64,000 bases of DNA, taken from NCBI GenBank assembly GCA_050506795.1, contig JBJHCF010000026.1, positions 8,349-72,348 on the forward strand, in the 5' to 3' direction. Shown here piece after piece: positions 1 through 7,309 of the stretch. Numbering within the stretch: position 1 is the first letter of the stretch; each line of letters opens with the position of its first letter. This DNA is from Opitutia bacterium (GTDB taxonomy: Bacteria; Verrucomicrobiota; Verrucomicrobiia; Opitutales; T3Sed10-336). The notes under the pieces were generated by a model. It had not been told where the DNA came from. It saw nothing but the letters and a program-made list of their open reading frames with translations, and did no database searches. Both the position numbers and the translations under genes were made by a program.

Positions 1-792
1 AAGTTGGGCGAGGAGTGGCGCGCGGACCTGGATCCGGAGGAGCTTGCCCTGTTCGATTCCGTGAATTTCGAAGTGGATATCGATCTTGCAATCCTGAAGG
101 GTGAGCGGACCTTCCTCACCGGAATCAGGTCCGACCTCTCGGACTTTATGAAACAGATGGCGGCCGAGCAGATGATCACTGACATGGGTGAATTTGAAAT
201 GGTATTGGGCTTTTCCCTGAACGACTGGAAAGCGAACGAAGTTCTCCCCGATAATACATTCGTTTTTGATGCTCCGGCCGGGTCGCGACGGGTTGATGAC
301 ATCTTCGCCGCGCTGGAACAGCAGGCCGGCCAGCCGATGGGCGGCGGCGCCGCCGATGCTCTGGTGGGGGAGGCGGCTCCGGATTTCGAATTGGCCCTCC
401 TGAACGGAGGTGAAGCGGTCCTGTCCGATCACCGGGGCGAGGACATCGTGATTATCGATTTCTGGGCCACCTGGTGCGGTCCCTGTATTCAAGCGATGCC
501 CGCCCTGATGGAGGTGGCTTCCGAATATGGTGATCGCAACGTGGTTTTTTACGCCGTCAACCTGCGGGAAGAAGCCGACATGGTGCGTTCTTTCATGCAG
601 AACCGGGGCTGGGACTTTTTGGTGCCAATGGATTCCCAGGGAGCGGTGGCAAACTCCTACGGAGTCACCGGCATCCCGCACACCGTTATTGTCGGCAAGA
701 GCGGTTTGGTCGAAAAGGTCCATGTCGGCTACTCGCCCGCACTCAAGGAAACCCTGACCGCCGAACTCGAACGCCTTCTGGCGGCGGAATAA
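1..792 (+). CDS. TlpA/redoxin-family thiol-disulfide oxidoreductase with N-terminal periplasmic (DUF2092/LolA-like) domain; 5'-truncated by window edge
   Basis: APDFEL...IIDFWATWCGPC...YGVTGIPHT thioredoxin-like motifs; frame is open from base 1. Confidence 0.88.
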   Translation, partial: KLGEEWRADLDPEELALFDSVNFEVDIDLAILKGERTFLTGIRSDLSDFMKQMAAEQMITDMGEFEMVLGFSLNDWKANEVLPDNTFVFDAPAGSRRVDDIFAALEQQAGQPMGGGAADALVGEAAPDFELALLNGGEAVLSDHRGEDIVIIDFWATWCGPCIQAMPALMEVASEYGDRNVVFYAVNLREEADMVRSFMQNRGWDFLVPMDSQGAVANSYGVTGIPHTVIVGKSGLVEKVHVGYSPALKETLTAELERLLAAE

Positions 793-945
793 GTTGGAGT
801 CTTCACTGTTGTTGGCCATTCCCCTGCAGGGCCATGCTCCCGCATGGCCGCCGACCTGGGAGCGCCGCCCTCAAAGGAGCGGAATCACGATCTCGATTCG
901 GATACATCTAACGATGAACTGTCTTAACCGAGGAGCATTCCTCTT

Positions 946-981
946 TTAGGAGTCTGTCGGCGAAGCCCGACAGACTCCTAG
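946..981. mobile_element. Minimal IS-end/MITE-like relic: 14-bp perfect inverted repeat with 6-nt spacer
   Basis: TAGGAGTCTGTCGG (947-960) CGAAGC CCGACAGACTCCTA (967-980), bounded by TTAG/CTAG; lies between convergent genes and may also act as a terminator. Confidence 0.5.
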
Positions 982-1079
982 CCGAGAGCCATTAACACGA
1001 AGAGCCGGAGCGGATTTCAGTGTTTATTCCCATCGAGGTAAAGCAGTGACTAACAAGCCGCGCCGGAAGGGACCTGGCT

Positions 1080-2369
1080 TTATCTGTGAGAAATGCCGAA
1101 GCCGTAGCTTCCCACCCGGCGGAGTTCGGCCAGGCTGGTAATGCCATCAGCCGCTTTGGCCATGCCATCCTCCAAAAGGGTTTTGGTGCCGGATTCCCGA
1201 ATGGCGTGGCGAAGACTCTTTTCGTCGGTGTGCCGGCGGATCAGTTCGTTGGCCTCTTCATCGACATGCCAGACTTCGAAGATGCCGGTGCGGCGACGGT
1301 AGCCCGTGTGACGGCAGTTGTCGCATCCGAATGCGACCCAACTCGTCGATGGCGCCGTTACCTCCAGGGCTTCCAGCCAACCGCGGTCTTCGGTCGGTGT
1401 CGGCTCTTCGCGCTTGCAGTCGGGACAAAGCCGCCGGACCAGCCGCTGGGATATGACCAACTCCAGCGCCGCCGTGATCTCAAAGTCCTGGATCCCCAAA
1501 TTTCGCAGGGTGGTCACCGCGCCGGCGGCATCGCGGCTGTGGAGGCTACTCAAGAGTACCCGACCGGTGGAGGATGCGGACAGGGCGGCCTCCGCCGAAT
1601 CTCGATCTCTCATTTCTCCCACCATGAGGAAGTCCGGGTCCAGCCGCAACATGGTCTTGACCGTGTCGCTGAAGGTTATTCCGCGCGCCTCATTGACCTG
1701 GATCTGGTTGATACCCTCGATCCGGTATTCCACCGGATCCTCGACGGTGACCACGCTGCAATTGAGGCTTTTCAACTGGTGGAGCAGGGCGTAAAGGCTG
1801 GTCGTTTTACCGCTGCCGGTGGCGCCGGTCACCAATACCATGCCGGACATGCTTTCCAGCCATCGGTCGATTTCTTCCTTTTGGAGGTGGTTCAGCCCGA
1901 GTTCCTCCAGCGTGTACCGTATCCGGCGGGGATCGAGAAGGCGCACCGACATTTTTTCTCCCTGCACGGTCGGCGCACAGGTGACCCGCAGATTCACTTC
2001 CGCGTCGTCGAGATCGTACAGGGTTCCTCCCGACGCCGGACGCAACAGAGGCGTCGGATCCAGGTCGACCAGCGCTTTTATGTGACCGAGGAACTGAGCG
2101 CCGTGCTGGCGGGGGATCAGGGCGACATCGCGGAGCACGCCGTCGATGCGGAAGCGGATGCAGAGCGTACCGTTTTCCGGATCGACGTGGATATCGGTGG
2201 CCCGCTCATCCCTGGCGTCCTGGAACAGGCGGTGCACCAGTTGAGGAATGGATTCGAGGTCCGGGAGAGATTCGTCCGGCGAAGGGATATTCCTCAGCAA
2301 CGACTGAAGACGCTGGGCGAAATCAACCTTAAGGGGACGCACGCGATCGTGGGTGGCCGTATGATTCAT
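1080..2369 (-). CDS. GspE/PilB-family secretion/pilus assembly ATPase (short form)
   Basis: ATDIHVDP, RFRIDGVL, Walker A GATGSGKTT, VTVEDPVEY, LRLDPDFLMVGEMRD, SQRLVRRLCPDC and CDNC Zn motif. Confidence 0.93.
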   Translation of the reverse strand: MNHTATHDRVRPLKVDFAQRLQSLLRNIPSPDESLPDLESIPQLVHRLFQDARDERATDIHVDPENGTLCIRFRIDGVLRDVALIPRQHGAQFLGHIKALVDLDPTPLLRPASGGTLYDLDDAEVNLRVTCAPTVQGEKMSVRLLDPRRIRYTLEELGLNHLQKEEIDRWLESMSGMVLVTGATGSGKTTSLYALLHQLKSLNCSVVTVEDPVEYRIEGINQIQVNEARGITFSDTVKTMLRLDPDFLMVGEMRDRDSAEAALSASSTGRVLLSSLHSRDAAGAVTTLRNLGIQDFEITAALELVISQRLVRRLCPDCKREEPTPTEDRGWLEALEVTAPSTSWVAFGCDNCRHTGYRRRTGIFEVWHVDEEANELIRRHTDEKSLRHAIRESGTKTLLEDGMAKAADGITSLAELRRVGSYGFGISHR

Positions 2370-2512
2370 TTTCAATAAACTTTATTAAGGGTTGTTCAGA
2401 ATAGCGTCAAAACAGGCATTCGTCCAGACCGGGATTCCACGATCGTGATTCCTGGCGGCCACGGGTTGATTCTCAAGGTTCGGCGCTTGAGAAATTTTCC
2501 GCCGGCTCCAGT

Positions 2513-4228
2513 GTGGTTTGCATGTTGCAAAAACCCTCCAAAGACGTCGGCGTCCTGCCTCCCATTCCCAAACTACCTGTGCCGTCCACGGAAAACAGTG
2601 TTCCGTTGGGGGACTCAAAGGCGGCTTTCGAAGTCCGGCTGGATTTCCCGATCGCCTCCGGCCCGTTCCAGCCCACATGGGAATCCATCGAATCAAACTA
2701 TCCTGGAACGCCGGAATGGCTGCGGGAGGCCAAATTCGGCATCTGGGTGCATTTCGGACCGCAATCGGCGGGGGAAAGCGGAGACTGGTACGCCCGGCAC
2801 CTGTATAAGCAGGGGCATCACGCCTACCTGAATCACCTCGAAAAGTACGGTCATCCTTCGGAAGCAGGCTATATGGAAGTTTTGCGTGACTGGGATCCGG
2901 AAAATCTCGATCCGGTGGCCCTGACCAAAATCTATCGCGATGCCGGCGCCCGTTTTCTCCTGGTCCAGGGAGTGCATCACGACAATTTCGACCTTTGGGA
3001 CTCGACGTTTCAGCCCTGGAACTCCGTGCGTCTGGGGCCGCGGCGGGACCTGGTGGGAGAGTGGGCCGCAGCGGCCCGTGCGGCCGGAATGCGTTACGGG
3101 GTGACTTTTCATCACGAATACACCTGGTGGTGGTGGCAGACCGCCTTCGGGGCGGATGCGGACGGCGAACGGGCGGGCGTTCCCTACGACGGACACCTGA
3201 CGCTGAACGATGGCGTCGGGAGGTGGTGGGAGGGACTGGATCCTCGTCTTCTTTACACCGTGGACCTGCGGGAGTACCAGGGGGTGACCGAAGCCGCTCA
3301 CGCTCTGTTTACACCGGCGCCAGCGGGCATTTTTTCCCGCCACACCGAATACGCTAAGTGGTATGCGACCTGGTGGGCTTTGCGTATGGTCGATGTGATC
3401 GATCGGTATGGACCCGATTTTATTTACACCGACGGCACCGGGGATCAGCCTTTCAGCGGCTTCGACACCGGGACGGGTTTGAAGTGCGACGCCATGCAGC
3501 GCGTTATGGCTCATTATTACAATCAACGACTGCGGGACCGTGGCGAGGTGGATGTTTTCAGCATCGTGAAATTCCGTCCGCGGACCAACGGCACCGTGAC
3601 CACGGAGGAATTCGGTATTCCGGCCGGGATCAAGACCGATCAGCCCTGGGTGGCGGAGGTTCCGGTGGGAGACTGGTTCTACGAACCCGGGTTCACCTAT
3701 GATTCGGGAATGTTGATTCGGTACATCGTCGAGGCCGCTTCACGCGATGGATGCGCGGCGATCTGTGTGTCGCCCAGGGCCGATGGATCCCTGGATGAAG
3801 GCAGCCGGCGCATGCTTCGCGAAGTGGGAGAGTGGATACGGAAAAACGGTGGGGGCATCTACGGCAGTCGTGCCTGGAAGCGGATGGGCGAAGGCGACCA
3901 GGTGAAGGGAAAACTGAAAATGCTGCCGGGAGGGAAGCTCGGACGCGAACATGCCGAGTTCGCCTTCAGCACCCGGGATTTTCGCTTTACCGAGGGCAAG
4001 GACGGGGCGGTGTATGTCTATTGCTTGGGCGTCCCGGAGCCGGGTGAACAACTGAAAATCGGATCGTTGGGAACGGATTCCGGTCTTCTCGACCGCCGGG
4101 TGAGAAGAGTGACCGCGTTGGGGCGCGAGGACCAATCCCTGGAATGGCACCAGGGAGCGGGCGAGTTGGTCATCGTATTTCCTCGTGACGGGTCGTATCT
4201 TCCGGTTCCGGGTTTTCGCGTGGAGTGA
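2513..4228 (+). CDS. Alpha-L-fucosidase (GH29)
   Basis: GPFQPTWESI...PEWLREAKFGIWVHFGPQS, GVHHDNFDLWDS, DFIYTDG, WIRKNGGGIYGSRAW; start codon uncertain (2513 or 2522). Confidence 0.88.
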   Translation: MVCMLQKPSKDVGVLPPIPKLPVPSTENSVPLGDSKAAFEVRLDFPIASGPFQPTWESIESNYPGTPEWLREAKFGIWVHFGPQSAGESGDWYARHLYKQGHHAYLNHLEKYGHPSEAGYMEVLRDWDPENLDPVALTKIYRDAGARFLLVQGVHHDNFDLWDSTFQPWNSVRLGPRRDLVGEWAAAARAAGMRYGVTFHHEYTWWWWQTAFGADADGERAGVPYDGHLTLNDGVGRWWEGLDPRLLYTVDLREYQGVTEAAHALFTPAPAGIFSRHTEYAKWYATWWALRMVDVIDRYGPDFIYTDGTGDQPFSGFDTGTGLKCDAMQRVMAHYYNQRLRDRGEVDVFSIVKFRPRTNGTVTTEEFGIPAGIKTDQPWVAEVPVGDWFYEPGFTYDSGMLIRYIVEAASRDGCAAICVSPRADGSLDEGSRRMLREVGEWIRKNGGGIYGSRAWKRMGEGDQVKGKLKMLPGGKLGREHAEFAFSTRDFRFTEGKDGAVYVYCLGVPEPGEQLKIGSLGTDSGLLDRRVRRVTALGREDQSLEWHQGAGELVIVFPRDGSYLPVPGFRVE

Positions 4229-4307
4229 CCTGTCCCACTGTCGGCTCTCTTTTTCGTGTTATTGCCATGGCCGTGACGCCGGTTTTACGTTAGGGTTTTC
4301 TTATTGC

Positions 4308-6149
4308 ATGGACCGAAATCGGAATACAAAGGAAATGCCGCGTGGCGAGGGTACCGGAGAAACAACCTGTGTCCTGTGGCTGTTCGATGCGAGTCATCGG
4401 GTGGTCCTGGTCCGGCGTCGACCGGAGCCGGGTGAACGGGCGATGCCGTTGTGGGACCTGCCTTGGGTCGGGTCTCCGGGATTCGGGGATCTCCGGGAGA
4501 CAGTCGCTGTCGATTGGGGGCTGAATGTGGAGAACCTCGGGACCGCCGAAAGAATCGTGACTTTGCCGCTGCCCGAGACGGAAGGTCGCGGCGGGGCCGC
4601 CCGGGCGGAAATGTGGTTCGCCCAGTTTCTGGATTCGGCGGGTGAAGTCGGAAATACGAATGATGACGATTCGGTGGGTCGGTTTACCGTCCAAGGGCTA
4701 AGGCGGTCGTTGGAGGAGAATCCATCGGAGTTCTCACCCCTGGTGAGGGAACTCCTTCCGCGGATCCGGCCTCACCTGATTCGGGTGCCCTATCTTGGCA
4801 TGCGGGAAAATGAATACATCTACCGTTTTCGCACCGAGAAGCAGCGCAACCGTTCCATCTATCACATTGACGACCGGTCGGGCGCAATTTACCAGAGCCG
4901 GCTTTGTGAAGCGATCAAGGCGGTGAAACGCCGCAGCGAGCGTTCGGCGGAGACGCCGGCCCGGCTGGATTTTGGTCCGGTGGCCTACGTGCTGCCGAGT
5001 CATTTCGGGTTTTGTCTCGGTGTGCAAAACGCCATCGAGCGCGCCTACGAATGCCTGGCGGAAAACCCGGGTCGCCGGGTGTTCATGCTGAGTGAGCTTA
5101 TTCACAACCCGTTCGTCAACGAGGACCTGCTCCGGCGCGGATTGAAGTACCTTCAATCCGATCGTGGTGAACCGCAGGTGAATCCGGAAACCGGTTGTCG
5201 GTATTGGGACGAGGTCGGCCCGAACGACGTGGTGATCATCCCGGCCTTTGGCGCCACCAACGAGGACAAGTTGCGTCTAATTGAAAAGGGCGTGACCATC
5301 AATCGCTACGATGCCACCTGCATGTTGGTGGAAAAGGTCTGGAAAGCGGCCCGCCGATTTGCCGCCGACGGTTACACGGTAATCATTCACGGCAAAAGCG
5401 AGCACGAGGAAACCAAAGCCACTTTTTCCAACAGCGCAGCCTCAGGGCCGAGCCTGATCGTGCGCAACCTGGAAGAAGCCCGCAGGCTGGGTGACATTAT
5501 CCTGACCAACGATCCGGCGCGACGCCGGGAACGGTTTTCCTATTTCGAAGGCAAACACACGCCGGGTTTTTTGCCAGAGCGCGACCTCGATCGCGTCGCA
5601 GTGGTCAATCAGACGACCCTGCTGCGAAACGAAACGCTGGCCATCATCGATCACCTGGAATCCGTCTTTGCGCGGAAACACGGATCTGAAGGGGTGCGCC
5701 AACACCTGCACTCCGGCAGCAAGGGGGACACGCTCTGTTACGCCACGCAAGTGAATCAGGATTCGCTGGAACGGGCTCTCGCTCACGGCCTCGACGCGGC
5801 GGTGGTCGTGGGGGGGCGCAACAGCTCAAACACTTTTCAGCTTTTCCGTATGTGTGAAGCGCGGTTGGGTGCATCCGCCTTTTATGTGCAGTCCGAAGAG
5901 AACCTCCTTTCAAGTGAACGGGTGAATCACTACCGCATCCCCTCCAAACCGGGAGATACCGGCTCCCTTGAGGAACGTCCTTTTCTGCCGGAAAAACGGC
6001 CCCTCCGCATCCTGGTAACCGGAGGCGCGTCCTGTCCGGACGGTCTTATCCAACAGGTGATTACCCGCATCAACAGCTTTTTTCCCGCCGAATCCCTCCG
6101 GCGCATCGAGCAGGTTGCCGAGGCGATCGAAAGCGAGGATGGGGCGTAG
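4308..6149 (+). CDS. ispH: 4-hydroxy-3-methylbut-2-enyl diphosphate reductase with an N-terminal Nudix/Idi-like extra domain
   Basis: FGFCLGV, LIHNP, PAFG, DATC, HEE, NQTT, TLCYATQ, VGGRNSSNT, TGGASCP; about 160-aa extra N-terminal domain; ATG at 4308 chosen to avoid overlap with the fucosidase. Confidence 0.92.
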   Translation: MDRNRNTKEMPRGEGTGETTCVLWLFDASHRVVLVRRRPEPGERAMPLWDLPWVGSPGFGDLRETVAVDWGLNVENLGTAERIVTLPLPETEGRGGAARAEMWFAQFLDSAGEVGNTNDDDSVGRFTVQGLRRSLEENPSEFSPLVRELLPRIRPHLIRVPYLGMRENEYIYRFRTEKQRNRSIYHIDDRSGAIYQSRLCEAIKAVKRRSERSAETPARLDFGPVAYVLPSHFGFCLGVQNAIERAYECLAENPGRRVFMLSELIHNPFVNEDLLRRGLKYLQSDRGEPQVNPETGCRYWDEVGPNDVVIIPAFGATNEDKLRLIEKGVTINRYDATCMLVEKVWKAARRFAADGYTVIIHGKSEHEETKATFSNSAASGPSLIVRNLEEARRLGDIILTNDPARRRERFSYFEGKHTPGFLPERDLDRVAVVNQTTLLRNETLAIIDHLESVFARKHGSEGVRQHLHSGSKGDTLCYATQVNQDSLERALAHGLDAAVVVGGRNSSNTFQLFRMCEARLGASAFYVQSEENLLSSERVNHYRIPSKPGDTGSLEERPFLPEKRPLRILVTGGASCPDGLIQQVITRINSFFPAESLRRIEQVAEAIESEDGA

Positions 6150-6190
6150 TCCGGCCGCGTTCTGTTTCGGCTAACGTCTTGATACCGCCT

Positions 6191-7309
6191 ATGTCCGTTC
6201 GTTTCATTCACACCGCCGACTGGCAGATCGGCATGAAAGCCGCCGGACTTGGAACGGCGGCGACAACGGTTCGCGACGCCCGGATCCAATCGATCGAACG
6301 CATCCTCGAACTCGCGGATGACCGGGGCGTCGACTTCCTGCTGATTACCGGAGACCTTTTTGAGGACAACGCGGTCGATCGCCTCCTCATCCGAAAAGTC
6401 GGCGATCTGCTCGCAAGGTTCTCCCGGCCGGTGTTCATAATCCCCGGCAACCATGACCCCCTCGTTCCGGGAAGTGTCTGGGAACACCCGGTCTGGGCGG
6501 AAGCGAGTAATATCACCGTCGCGGCAAGAGCGGAACCCATCGAACTCGATCGCTGTGTGCTCTATCCCTGTCCGCTGAAGGAAAAGTACTCCACCCAGGA
6601 TCCGACTTCCTGGATCGATGCCCGACAGTCGGAAAAAATCGCGATCGGACTGGCGCATGGAAACGTGGAAGGTCTGCCGGAAACGGAGCCCGATTACCCG
6701 ATTCCGCGCGATGCCTCCCGGCGCCGAGGGTTGGATTACCTGGCGGTCGGACATTGGCATTCCCATGTGCCGTATCCGGAGGCCGACGGTTCGGTCCGCC
6801 TGGCTTACTCCGGCACTCATGAAACCTCGAAGTTCGGGGAGCGCGACAGTGGCAACCTGCTTGTGGTCGAGATTCCCGCGCGCGGCGCGACTCCGGTGAT
6901 CGAATGTATTCCCACCGGCTCGTTACGCTGGATGTCGTTGAGGCATGCGGTCAATGAGGAAGGCAGTCTGGAAGACGTGCTCCGGGAGGTGCGGGCGATC
7001 GAGAATCCCGAAACGGTCTTGCTGCGGTTGTCGCTTTCCGGACTCCTTTTCACTTCGGATCGTCCCCGGCTATCATCGCTCAGGGAGATTGTCGGCGCCC
7101 GTTTCCTGTTCGGTGCGGTCGAGGACGAAGGGTTGATTCCGGCGCCCGAAGACGATGCCTGGATCGAAACGCTGCCCGGCGGACCGCTTCGCGAGGCGGC
7201 GGTGCGGTTGCGGCAACAGGCGGTTTCCGGAACCGACGAACAGTCGCGAACAGTGGCCGCGCGGGCATTAATCGAACTTTTCGACCTCAAGGAGCAATCG
7301 GGAACATGA
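6191..7309 (+). CDS. Mre11/SbcD-like (YhaO-type) metallophosphoesterase DNA nuclease
   Basis: HTADWQIG, TGDLFE, PGNHD, LAHG, YLAVGHWHS, YSGTHE. Confidence 0.92.
   Translation: MSVRFIHTADWQIGMKAAGLGTAATTVRDARIQSIERILELADDRGVDFLLITGDLFEDNAVDRLLIRKVGDLLARFSRPVFIIPGNHDPLVPGSVWEHPVWAEASNITVAARAEPIELDRCVLYPCPLKEKYSTQDPTSWIDARQSEKIAIGLAHGNVEGLPETEPDYPIPRDASRRRGLDYLAVGHWHSHVPYPEADGSVRLAYSGTHETSKFGERDSGNLLVVEIPARGATPVIECIPTGSLRWMSLRHAVNEEGSLEDVLREVRAIENPETVLLRLSLSGLLFTSDRPRLSSLREIVGARFLFGAVEDEGLIPAPEDDAWIETLPGGPLREAAVRLRQQAVSGTDEQSRTVAARALIELFDLKEQSGT

Noticed and set aside
1086..2378. 430-aa plus-strand ORF antisense to the GspE ATPase (similar cases at 28258-30099, 45984-47108, 51139-52554, 61002-62162)
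   Set aside because: Shadow ORFs expected from high-GC codon bias; no recognisable motifs, and the opposite strand encodes clear conserved proteins
2514..2529. TGGTTTGCATGTTGCA resembling a sigma-54 -24/-12 promoter
   Set aside because: It overlaps the likely start codons of the fucosidase and the -24 element lacks CAC; probably chance
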